Virus record (IMG/VR): IMGVR_UViG_3300044620_001904
Coordinates: 1-64,000 of that record
Length of the DNA stretch: 64,000 nucleotides
DNA from: a virus
Reading direction: 5' to 3' (one strand)
In this document: positions 40,582-49,670 of the stretch, one piece after another
Numbering within the stretch: position 1 is the first letter of the stretch
Layout of the letters: the number at the start of each line of letters is the position of its first letter
Made by a program: the position numbers and the translations under genes
The notes under the pieces: model-generated
Database searches by the model: none
Told to the model about the DNA's origin: nothing
The model's input: only the letters and a program-made list of their open reading frames with translations

Positions 40582-41757
40582 TTATGATGGTGATATAGCT
40601 TTTGCCAATTTAGAAGTTTTATCAAAAACTTTTACCGCAGTGCCTAATCCAGGTGTTACATTGTTTGCCAAATTCGTAGATTTTTTTTCTATTGCTTTAG
40701 AAACTTCTTTAGTCGAATACTTTTCTACACCTTTTTCAGCCGCTTTAACAGCAGTTTTACCACTAAGAACCTCCAAATAGCTTATCGCCTTTAAGTAAAA
40801 ATTCTTTAATCCAATTATCAATTCTCCAAAAATTGGAAGCTTTTCTAAAAAAGAAACAACTTTTCCAATAGTGTTTTTTAAAACCGATTCGAAATTAAAT
40901 TTGGAAAAATATTTCATAACCTCAGGATTTCTCTTAACCCACAAAGATAGTTCTTGCAAAGTAGCAGTTTTTGAAATAGGAATTCGTTCGAATAACCCCC
41001 AAATATATTTACCTCCAGGCCCGAAAGTTATTACACCTGCAAGATCTGTCAATATATTGATTATATCAAAATTACCTTTGCTTGCTTGATAAACATCCCA
41101 TGATAACAATATACCCCAAACAATTTCAACGGCGATACCACCACCAAATAAATCAATAATCACCTGTGAGGCCGCTCCAACACCTGATGTCATCGCCTCT
41201 CTGATTGATCTAAATACATAATCCCAACCTTCCTTTTTAATTGTTTCAACAAATCTATCAATTTCATCCTTAGCTTTTGGGGTGGTCTTAACTAAATTAT
41301 ACATTTTGGTATAATCGACCGTATTATAGTCTCTAGCCATTACTGAGTAAAAACTATACCCTTGAGGACATTTCCAAGTTTTGGCTAGTAAGTTACTATT
41401 TAAACATATTTTATTATTTTTAATATCTTTACTTAATGACCCTGAAATTGTAGTACTACAAGCGTTACAAGGTTGTGACCCCCAACCCTTTTGGGATTTA
41501 ATTAACTCTAATTGATACCCTAAATAAATTGCCGCTTTCTCAATCCAATCTCGTCTATCTTTTGCTTTCAGATTTGGAAACCCTTGAGGGTAATTAAAAA
41601 TTTTTAAATCCTGTTGGGTTGGTTTATATCCGCTATATTTACCTAAGTTAGTTGGTATAATTTTTTGATCAGGATTATTTTGAATCGCTTGTTGCTCTAA
41701 CAGCCCATAAAGACCCAAAATATGGTTTTTTTCAGATTCAGAAATAACTAATTTCAT
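40582..41757 (-). CDS. Hypothetical protein, putative head-packaged or ejected
   Basis: N-terminal ISESEKNHILGLY motif; hydrophobic helical C-terminal half. Confidence 0.5.
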   Translation of the reverse strand: MKLVISESEKNHILGLYGLLEQQAIQNNPDQKIIPTNLGKYSGYKPTQQDLKIFNYPQGFPNLKAKDRRDWIEKAAIYLGYQLELIKSQKGWGSQPCNACSTTISGSLSKDIKNNKICLNSNLLAKTWKCPQGYSFYSVMARDYNTVDYTKMYNLVKTTPKAKDEIDRFVETIKKEGWDYVFRSIREAMTSGVGAASQVIIDLFGGGIAVEIVWGILLSWDVYQASKGNFDIINILTDLAGVITFGPGGKYIWGLFERIPISKTATLQELSLWVKRNPEVMKYFSKFNFESVLKNTIGKVVSFLEKLPIFGELIIGLKNFYLKAISYLEVLSGKTAVKAAEKGVEKYSTKEVSKAIEKKSTNLANNVTPGLGTAVKVFDKTSKLAKAISPS

Positions 41758-42392
41758 TTATTACTATATCTCTCTTTAGTGAAAAGAATTAATTTTCTAA
41801 CAAGATAAACTATTAAAAACGCAATCATTGATACTATCAATGATACTGGAGGTGAAACCTTCAGATTAAATAAAAAATCAGTTAGTACCGATCCAATTAA
41901 CCCGAAACTTAACACATTAACCCCTAATATTTTTTGTAAAATAGCACCTACCTTTTGCACCAAACCACCTTCTATTTGACTTATTGGTGTTTCAAACCTT
42001 TCCGTACCAGATGAATAATCTTTTTTAAAAAAGTCACTCCAAAAACCTTCTTTCAATGAATCAGATTTAAGTTCACTTTTGATTATTGATTCTACCTCTG
42101 AAATAGGCATATCTAATACGTTTCCTCCAAAGAAATTATTAACATTATCAATTATCTTACTTGGGTTAGAAATTTTCATAAGATCTGAAGTTGAAATAGA
42201 TTCCACCTTATTTTTAAAACTTTTAAATAAATCCTTTACTGTATTTCCAATGTCTTTTGTATAATCATCACCCGGATAAAACATAGAATCCATCGGAGCT
42301 TCAGAAATTATAGTTTTATACCCCCCCTTTTTATGCATTTCCAAAATTCTTTTTTTCTCATTCTCATTAATTGAGTTGTATGTATTTTTCAT
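41754..42392 (-). CDS. Hypothetical membrane protein, putative head-packaged
   Basis: Probable start MKNTYN; INENEKKRILEMH motif; two C-terminal hydrophobic helices. Confidence 0.5.
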   Translation of the reverse strand: MKNTYNSINENEKKRILEMHKKGGYKTIISEAPMDSMFYPGDDYTKDIGNTVKDLFKSFKNKVESISTSDLMKISNPSKIIDNVNNFFGGNVLDMPISEVESIIKSELKSDSLKEGFWSDFFKKDYSSGTERFETPISQIEGGLVQKVGAILQKILGVNVLSFGLIGSVLTDFLFNLKVSPPVSLIVSMIAFLIVYLVRKLILFTKERYSNK

Positions 42393-42485
42393 AATATTTT
42401 TTTTTAAATAAATATATTCAAATTGAAAAAACCTCACCTATTAATAAAAAAAGATGAGGTTTTATATCCTTGTGATAAATTTATT

Positions 42486-43217
42486 TTAGCTGAATTGTAA
42501 GTCCTCTCCGCACGATGGGCAAAATTTCCAAGATGTTTTTTTTATGGTAGAACCACATTCGGGACAATATTTTTTCAAATCCTTTGACGAATATACTTTT
42601 TCAGATATGGGTAATATTTTCCAATACGATTTTGTACAATAAAAAAATTCAAATTGTTTGTCTGAAAAACTAAATGATTGATCACTATACGAACCTTTTT
42701 CCACTGTTCCCGTTTCAATTTTATCACTAAACGTACTAGTGTTATACGAAAGATTGGTTGTCGTTCCAATATTTCCTGACATATTTAAACCATTGGTTGT
42801 AAAAGTATTAGTATTTCCACCCGTTGTTGTTCCAATATGTGGAAAAACAATATTTTTTGGATAAACTAAACTTTCATCATAAAATTCAACTTCAACATCA
42901 CCGTTATTTTGAATTGCTTGTTTTGCTTGATTTGAATTTTTATCGACCTGATAAGTTTCAAATTTAAATTTTTTTGGTTGATCCAAAAATCTTTCAATAA
43001 AAACTCTTTGACCTGGTTTTAAAACAATTCCACCATTTGAGATGTAATTTCCGTTTAATTTGATCTTTGCCAACACCGATATATTTTTCGGGTTAAAAAG
43101 CTCAATTTCAAATTCATCGTTGTTTGCCAAATAAACACGATCTGAATTTTGTTTTAATCTTTGTTTTGATTTTGTAATGTAGGCGCAAGGTGCCGCTGTT
43201 TGTGTTTGATAATACAT
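42486..43217 (-). CDS. Hypothetical protein with C-terminal zinc ribbon
   Basis: YCPECG...KFCPSCG. Confidence 0.65.
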   Translation of the reverse strand: MYYQTQTAAPCAYITKSKQRLKQNSDRVYLANNDEFEIELFNPKNISVLAKIKLNGNYISNGGIVLKPGQRVFIERFLDQPKKFKFETYQVDKNSNQAKQAIQNNGDVEVEFYDESLVYPKNIVFPHIGTTTGGNTNTFTTNGLNMSGNIGTTTNLSYNTSTFSDKIETGTVEKGSYSDQSFSFSDKQFEFFYCTKSYWKILPISEKVYSSKDLKKYCPECGSTIKKTSWKFCPSCGEDLQFS

Positions 43218-43328
43218 AATTTCCTTATTTTTTTAAAAGTTTATTTGAACTCCTTTTTGTTGGGTTTTAACCAACTCAAATGCCTTTAAGACACAAGGAC
43301 CTCAATCACAAGGTTTAATTTAAAAATA

Positions 43329-44660
43329 TTAAAATAATGATAAATTGTGAATAGTATTATAAAAATCCTCCAATGATAACTTTCTAGTTCCTGATTCCAA
43401 ATTTCCACCATACATTCTAACAACAAGTTTTGCCGTTTCCAAATCAATTTTAAGAATCAAAAATTGTTTGTTTTTATCGGCCGGAAAATCATACCATTTA
43501 TTGAATTTATATTTTTTGGTTATTTCATCATAAACCTCTCTTACTTCAGCGATATTGTCCTCCTCTACTTTATCTAAAGCTTTATCAATATAATAACCAA
43601 CAGAATTATTAAAACTTTCACTATCAAAATCATCTGCATAAGTTTCATATATATAATCATACCAATCTGAAACATCTAATGATTTTCCTATTTTTTTTAT
43701 TAATTCATAAATTGTCAGATCTTGCGAATCCGTTTTTTCATACAATTTAATCAAATTCCAAACTGGCGTTTTATAATTGTAAAAACAGTATTTTTTAAAA
43801 AAATTAAACTTTTCATATATATCACAATATTCATCTTTGATTCCTTGTTTAGCCTTTTCGTTTTTTGCTTGATTATCCAAATAATTGTATTGATAAACAG
43901 CGTCATCACCAATGTCAGGGTAAAATTGATCCAAAACTTTTGTGATTTGTTCATTTGTATCACCTTCTCCGCCAATTTGTAAATGAGGAGCGATAAATTT
44001 TAAAATCGTGTTAATTTTTTCTTTATTTTCATCGTTAAAATAATTTAACAAATAACCATCTTCCCTCCAAGAATAATCATCCGAAAGATCGTTGAATTCA
44101 AAACCCTCACCATAGTTGCTCATAATTAAATCAATCACCCAAATACTATCATCACTCATTTCAAATGTCTCCAAATAATCTTTAACAGAATCAAATTCCA
44201 ATTCAACAATTGAATTTCTTGGATTTCCTGCAATATATTTGAAATTTTCAATCATACCATCCGCATGTTGCATAGTCCAATCAGACAAAGGTTTAACCCC
44301 ATTTGCAATAGCTTTTAAAGCATAATATGACCCCATGCTAAAAGGATTAACTTTATCCATTATCGTATCATAAACAAAAGGATATTTTTTTAATAATTCG
44401 GTTAATGATAATTCATTATCTTTAAACGTGAAAATTTGTATAGTATTAACAGAAGGTATAAATATTGATATAGAATCATCATAATTAATCCTATCAATTA
44501 TGAAGTATAAGTCGCCGTTTCTATATTTTCTTGACCACGAATCATAAAAATCTTTACCGCCGAAATACTTTGCGGAGTTTGCGTCCAAGATTTCCATAAA
44601 AATAAAATTATTATTTTCAAAAATAACATTTCTTCCTTCATTTATTTCTTCTTCGGTCAT
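43329..44660 (-). CDS. Acidic hypothetical protein
   Basis: 443-aa ORF with late-type promoter. Confidence 0.6.
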   Translation of the reverse strand: MTEEEINEGRNVIFENNNFIFMEILDANSAKYFGGKDFYDSWSRKYRNGDLYFIIDRINYDDSISIFIPSVNTIQIFTFKDNELSLTELLKKYPFVYDTIMDKVNPFSMGSYYALKAIANGVKPLSDWTMQHADGMIENFKYIAGNPRNSIVELEFDSVKDYLETFEMSDDSIWVIDLIMSNYGEGFEFNDLSDDYSWREDGYLLNYFNDENKEKINTILKFIAPHLQIGGEGDTNEQITKVLDQFYPDIGDDAVYQYNYLDNQAKNEKAKQGIKDEYCDIYEKFNFFKKYCFYNYKTPVWNLIKLYEKTDSQDLTIYELIKKIGKSLDVSDWYDYIYETYADDFDSESFNNSVGYYIDKALDKVEEDNIAEVREVYDEITKKYKFNKWYDFPADKNKQFLILKIDLETAKLVVRMYGGNLESGTRKLSLEDFYNTIHNLSLF

Positions 44661-44712
44661 AAAACTTTTTTACATAAATATTAGTTTTTTTTGGTTTTTA
44701 CAAAAACTTTCG

Positions 44713-44720
44713 TATATTTG
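44713..44720 (+). promoter_or_regulatory. Bacteroidota-type -7 promoter element of the tmRNA gene
   Basis: TATATTTG (TAnnTTTG) with an upstream TTTG, followed by boxA-like GTTCTTTAAAA at 44734. Confidence 0.75.
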
Positions 44721-44748
44721 TAAAAGAAAACAAGTTCTTTAAAATATT

Positions 44749-45138
44749 GGGCCTATAATTGGAATCGACTGGCGTAGTTAATTATAAAGAGCGTACCGAG
44801 GCTGAGTTAACCTTGTAAAACTGACTTATTAATTAGACGGAAACGTTATCAACAAACTTTCAGCAGTAGGACTTGTTCGTACTTCTGAAAAAGTAGCAGT
44901 AGCCTAAGGCAAACCTACAACGGGTCGGCGTACATTAAACCTTGGAACAGAAGTGCTTGCAAAGGGTGTGGTTTCTATCCAAAAAGAAACAAGTGGAGGA
45001 TTAGTTCTCAGTAAACCGAACCACTTTAAAAATAAGGGAATTGTGAAGTTTCGGATTGGTTAGAAAACCAATGTCCTATGTACGTAGAACTTTATACTTA
45101 GTATGAGCAGGACGGGAGTTCGAACCTCCCTAGGTCCA
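44749..45138 (+). ncRNA. ssrA: tmRNA
   Basis: GGGCCUA/UAGGUCC-A acceptor with G3:U; T-arm GGGAG-UUCGAAC-CUCCC; tag ORF 44839-44907 GNVINKLSAVGLVRTSEKVAVA* after a UAGAC resume context. Confidence 0.93.
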
Positions 45139-45143
45139 CATTA

Positions 45144-45175
45144 AAACCTCATTCCTTATCGGAGTGGGGTTTTTT
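45144..45175. terminator. Bidirectional terminator after tmRNA
   Basis: AAAACCTCATTCC-TTATC-GGAGTGGGGTTTTTT. Confidence 0.8.
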
Positions 45176-45479
45176 AATTATTAGATATTCGTTTAGTAAA
45201 ATAATCAATTAAAGGTTTTTCGTATTTTAAATACGATTCCCAATATGATTGTTCATTACCATGCTCGTCAATATCAGGAAAATTTTTACTTTTGATAAAT
45301 TCTCTCACCGCATCATACATTGCGGTATATGGATCAGCCCCATATATTATTAATTCCTCTATATCATCCATTATAGAATCTAATTCTTCTTCATTAAATC
45401 TTCTTCTAAACCAAGGATCATAATCTTCACTTATCCCCATCATTTCTCTGATCCTTTGTATGTTTTCTTGTAAGTTCAT
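45174..45479 (-). CDS. Hypothetical protein, putative head-packaged
   Basis: Probable start MNLQENIQRIREMMG directly after TATTTATA. Confidence 0.55.
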   Translation of the reverse strand: MNLQENIQRIREMMGISEDYDPWFRRRFNEEELDSIMDDIEELIIYGADPYTAMYDAVREFIKSKNFPDIDEHGNEQSYWESYLKYEKPLIDYFTKRISNN

Positions 45480-45502
45480 ATGATATAAATATTGTATAAA
45501 CG

Positions 45503-45534
45503 AAAAAAGGGTCATCACCGAAGCGACAACCCTT
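45503..45534 (-). terminator. Terminator of the ncRNA operon
   Basis: GGGUUGUCGC-UUCG-GUGAUGACCC-UUUUUU. Confidence 0.85.
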
Positions 45535-45874
45535 ATTGGCTATTGGTTTGGTGGTTGGGTTTCCAATAGACCCAAGTTAATTTGTAGTGAGCAAATAACT
45601 CGAATACGTTCGACCACTTGACGGATGCGTTAAATAGAAGGCTAATTCTATTTTTTATTCGTTTTGCTGAACCCCAAACGAAAAGTGTGGTATCACATCT
45701 TCTCACACTATAAAAAGGTGGTCTATTTTTTCTGATTTCACGGGTTGGGGTGTGAAACTAATAACAAGACCAAGAACATAAACAAAATACCCCCGAACAC
45801 TATATTTTTTTTGTTTTTAAAACTCCCTAAAAATTAGGTGGCTTCATCCGATTCCACCGTAAAAGGGTCACTAG

Positions 45875-45949
45875 TTGCGTCGCTCTGGAGTTGAACCAAA
45901 TTTATGGAGTGCTTATGAGACACCCGCAGATCCGACCTGCCCGCCCGCA
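45875..45949 (-). tRNA. tRNA-Met(CAU)-like with distorted acceptor and D arms
   Basis: Anticodon loop CUCAUAA, T-loop UUCAACU; mismatch and bulge in the acceptor stem. Confidence 0.55.
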
Positions 45950-45952
45950 ATA

Positions 45953-46832
45953 TGGCTTACGCTGAGATTACACGTTTTATTGGAAATCTTTTATAGGATT
46001 ATGGGTTCCCTATGTATCCACCATCTTTTGAATGGTAATTTCCAGTGACGGTTAGTTAGACTAACCACTCCTTGAGGTACTAGTTACTCTTTTATTACTC
46101 AACTCTCCCCGAGAATGCCTCCCCAGTTAATCCTTGCGAGATTAGAGGTATTTCATAAAAATCTCATCAAACTTGCGGTTATCAGAGGCAATGAACGGCT
46201 CATTACTATGTAGTCACCTTTCACTAATACCTGACGGACACTTTTGCTCTTTTTTAAAAGTTGAATTTTAAATCGAAGTTACGTGTTGTGGATTATAGAA
46301 GTAGTGGTCCGCCACCGACTTAGTAATCTTTTGAATTACCAAATATCAAACTACTCCTTGAAGTGTCCCCACCTCCATATTTTAAGATTACTTCAAAAAG
46401 AGACTTTGGTAAGTCATCTTTAAGGATAATAGCGACACCACTCGTTCTTTATCATACCTTTGAGGTTGCCCCTTCGGTTTTAAGTATCCTTTCATATTGG
46501 AACTCGTAATAATATTATCGGATAATAACATTTTTTACAAAGTTCCTACGGGTTATTCTTATTGGTGTTCCCACCTCAACAGGACGACCCACATCGCCCC
46601 ATCAATAATCCATTTCCCTACGAAGTTATCCTCGGTACTACAGGTTTATTGATATCCCGCTTGTGTACTCGAGTTCAAAACAACCGAAGTTATTTCAAAC
46701 CGCAAACCCCTTACACTTGAGGATTCACTTTATCCCACTTTCGTGGTTTATTTAAGGACTATACACAGCCCATTATCGTTTACAAGTTATCATCATCCCG
46801 AAGGACTACTTTCACTTGATGGATAATCCATT
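45953..46832 (-). ncRNA. Large structured ncRNA (~880 nt), GOLLD-like
   Basis: ORF-free and GC-elevated; many GNRA/UUCG hairpins on the minus strand; upstream promoter and boxA; tRNA immediately downstream. Confidence 0.6.
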
Positions 46833-46846
46833 ATTTTAAAGAACAT

Positions 46847-46932
46847 AATTCGAAACATGCTACCGACTCGCGTAAATGGTGAGTTTCCTCACACTATTTA
46901 GTCGGGTTCACACCAGACCTCCTTTTCGAATT
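46847..46932 (-). ncRNA. Small stem-closed RNA or structured leader
   Basis: AAUUCGAAA...UUUCGAAUU closing stem, CCGACU/AGUCGG, GUGAG-GAAA-CUCAC; starts just after TAACTTTG at 46939-46946. Confidence 0.45.
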
Positions 46933-46995
46933 GTTTGACAAAGTTACGAAATTTTTTTCACTTGTCAAGTTTTTTTTAAATTTTTTTTTCACTCG

Positions 46996-47056
46996 TTCCC
47001 CCCACCCTATCGAACTCAAATTAAATAACCTAAAAACTGATAGGGTGGGGTGACAT
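46996..47056 (-). ncRNA. Small hairpin RNA with its own promoter
   Basis: 12-bp stem CCCCACCCUAUC/GAUAGGGUGGGG; TATCTTTG at 47069-47076. Confidence 0.4.
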
Positions 47057-47257
47057 CTAAATCTTTTACAAAGATAAAACAACTTTTTTAATTTGCCAAA
47101 TTATTTTTAAAAAAAAATTGGAGAAATTGTTTTTCATTTAAAGAACTAATGTTTGACAAAATTAGTGAATTCAAGTAAACAAATCAATTTAAAAATCATA
47201 TTGACTTGTTAAAAAATGTTAATTATCATTAAACTCACAAATAAACAAACTTAATAT

Positions 47258-47425
47258 ATGAAAAAACTAATTTATTCTTTGGTGGTGGTTGTAGGACTAT
47301 CATCTTGCGGTGGTTCTCAAAGTGAAACCACTCAAACTGACTCAACTTCAGTTGATAGTTCTAAAGTTGATACCACAATTGTAGATACTGTATCAGCAGT
47401 AATCAAAAAAGATTCGGTTAAATAA
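47258..47425 (+). CDS. 55-aa lipoprotein with D-S/T-x motifs (not in the ORF track)
   Basis: MKKLIYSLVVVVGLSS|CGGSQSETTQTDSTSVDSSKVDTTIVDTVSAVIKKDSVK; followed by a terminator at 47445-47472. Confidence 0.8.
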   Translation: MKKLIYSLVVVVGLSSCGGSQSETTQTDSTSVDSSKVDTTIVDTVSAVIKKDSVK

Positions 47426-47495
47426 TTTTTTATCTAGAATTTTTAAAACCTCACCTAATAAGTGGGGTTTTTTGTTTTTTAATGTATTTATCTGT

Positions 47496-48317
47496 ATGAA
47501 TATTGATTTATATAATGTCGCTAAAAGATTAGTAAGACTACTACCAGATGATCTTAAATTAAATAAAATATATGGTTATATATTATTGGATAATACTTTC
47601 AAACAATTGACAGGCCAATTATCAATAGAACAAAATTTAAAATTGACCTTTTATTTGGACGCAATAAAAAGAGGTCTTGATAGAAAAACAGTTGATTGGT
47701 CTATAAATAATAATTTATATGTCATTGATAAAATTTGTTTTGGTAGGTATCCTGCTGAGATAAATTGTCCTGACTGTAATGGAAATGGATATAAAAACTG
47801 CGGTAATTGCGGTGGGTCAGGTGATGAATCTTGTAATCAATGCGGTGGTGACGGGACTATTGAAGGCGATGAAGGTGAAGAAGATTGTGAATACTGTGAT
47901 GGTTCTGGATATGAATCTTGTGATGAATGTGGCGGAAATGGTTCAGATGATTGTGATACCTGTAAAGGCGATGGAACGATTGATGATGATGTAAATGTTC
48001 CCGAAATTACTGTAACTTCCTATATTTCTTATGATTTAAATTTATTAACTATTGCCGAAGAATATATGTCGGAAGTTAAAGACATTTCAGACCAACCTTT
48101 TTTAAGTACAAATTATCCAGCAATAATTACACTTGATATGGATTATAATTCAAATCATTTGGAGGTAGGCTCAATTGATGAAGACTTTTGGGATAAATGT
48201 TTTATAAATGATATCTACGATTTTCATTTTGATGATTTTTTAAGTAAAGGCGCGTATGGGTATAGATTACATAGAAAAAGACAATCAATACTCAAAATAA
48301 ACGATAAATTAACGTAA
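47496..48317 (+). CDS. Protein with DnaJ-type CxxCxGxG zinc-finger repeats
   Basis: Six CxxCxGxG repeats; no J-domain HPD motif. Confidence 0.75.
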   Translation: MNIDLYNVAKRLVRLLPDDLKLNKIYGYILLDNTFKQLTGQLSIEQNLKLTFYLDAIKRGLDRKTVDWSINNNLYVIDKICFGRYPAEINCPDCNGNGYKNCGNCGGSGDESCNQCGGDGTIEGDEGEEDCEYCDGSGYESCDECGGNGSDDCDTCKGDGTIDDDVNVPEITVTSYISYDLNLLTIAEEYMSEVKDISDQPFLSTNYPAIITLDMDYNSNHLEVGSIDEDFWDKCFINDIYDFHFDDFLSKGAYGYRLHRKRQSILKINDKLT

Positions 48318-48602
48318 AAACCTGTAGGTTATTACTCCTCCTGAAACTGCAAGTCCTACACCTACTCCGAAAAATAAATTTCTCGGATAAGTTCTAAAAA
48401 AATTTGGTCTATAATATATGGTTGGATAAGGACCGTAAAAATTATAGTCAAACATGGAAGCTCCTAACATCATAGTTCCAGCCGATATCATAAAAGTTGA
48501 AGACTTTAACTTTTTTTGGTATAAAATGGCCTGAGATTTGCCGATTTGACAAATACTCAGACCAATTATTAATGATATTAAAAATAATTTAAAGTTTTTC
48601 AT
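48309..48602 (-). CDS. Small membrane protein
   Basis: Signal-like N-terminus and two hydrophobic segments. Confidence 0.5.
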   Translation of the reverse strand: MKNFKLFLISLIIGLSICQIGKSQAILYQKKLKSSTFMISAGTMMLGASMFDYNFYGPYPTIYYRPNFFRTYPRNLFFGVGVGLAVSGGVITYRFLR

Positions 48603-49650
48603 ATTTTGGTTTAATTAATTTCCATATTATTTGACTATAATCTTTTCTATCCCACATTGCAAACATTACAGAATGTAATTCTCTTTTATTAATATTAGTT
48701 TGAACGAACTTTGCAAATTCAGATTTGGTTGGTTCAGGATCGACATCATTATATTTTCCATATCTGAAATAATCGTGCATTTTACCACAATATTCAGATA
48801 TTTGAAAATGATGATATTTTAGATTTCCAACATATAATTTTATTTTTTTATAAAATTCGTCAGGAACATCTTTAAGTAAAGATTCTATATCGTCTCCATT
48901 TTTAAGACATTCCCATATTGAGGTGGTCGATATTTGTGTCATTATTTTATGTAATCTCAAATATTCATCACCTTTTATTTTTATTCTATCTCCGTTAGAA
49001 AACTTAACAACAAAACCTTCCTCATTATCTTTTATCATAGATTTAAGTTCTTTGTAGTCCTTGATTCCATCGTATTTTTTGGCCAATTTGAACCCCAAAT
49101 TTTTTATCATATTAGAAAATCTAACGTCATAATTGTCTGAGTATAAATCAACTTCTTGACCGGTTTTGGTGTTTATCATACCAAGTAGAATGACATCTTC
49201 AAAATCATATTGGCACACTATTCTATTTTGTTTGTATATGATTTCAAACAAATAAGTATAATCCTTATGTAAGGACGCGAAATCATATTTAAACATCATT
49301 TCATACCCCTTAACCGCTTGATCAGAAGTAAATGATCCGCGAGTTGCCATAATCCAACCACCGTTATAATAGAAAAAAATACCAAGTGAGCCGTCTAATT
49401 TATCATACACATCAAACTTTTCGGTTGCGGAGTGTTTTTGTTCACTAAGATTAAAAAATTTTTTAAACGGGCGAGCAACAACATTCCCATTGTCATCAGT
49501 TACCAAACCACGGCACATTAGAGTAATATCGTCCCACAGATTTTCATATTGAACCTTTTCATTATAGTTCCATATAGTTAATGGTAAAGTTGGATGTACT
49601 TGTTTATAAAGTAATCCCTCGTTATAATATTTCTCTAAGGTTTCTAACAT
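48589..49650 (-). CDS. RNA ligase, T4 Rnl1-like
   Basis: CRGLV, PFKKFFN, KLDGSL (motif I), ATRGSF, FEII, EGFVV and IKIK motifs. Confidence 0.88.
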   Translation of the reverse strand: MLETLEKYYNEGLLYKQVHPTLPLTIWNYNEKVQYENLWDDITLMCRGLVTDDNGNVVARPFKKFFNLSEQKHSATEKFDVYDKLDGSLGIFFYYNGGWIMATRGSFTSDQAVKGYEMMFKYDFASLHKDYTYLFEIIYKQNRIVCQYDFEDVILLGMINTKTGQEVDLYSDNYDVRFSNMIKNLGFKLAKKYDGIKDYKELKSMIKDNEEGFVVKFSNGDRIKIKGDEYLRLHKIMTQISTTSIWECLKNGDDIESLLKDVPDEFYKKIKLYVGNLKYHHFQISEYCGKMHDYFRYGKYNDVDPEPTKSEFAKFVQTNINKRELHSVMFAMWDRKDYSQIIWKLIKPKYEKL

Positions 49651-49670
49651 TTTGCTAAATTACAAAAAAA

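Noticed and set aside
45953-46832. rRNA, RNase P RNA or group I/II intron
   Set aside because: No recognisable rRNA, RNase P P4 or intron domain V signature, and no interrupted gene
47496-48317. DnaJ chaperone
   Set aside because: Only CxxCxGxG repeats; no J-domain HPD motif
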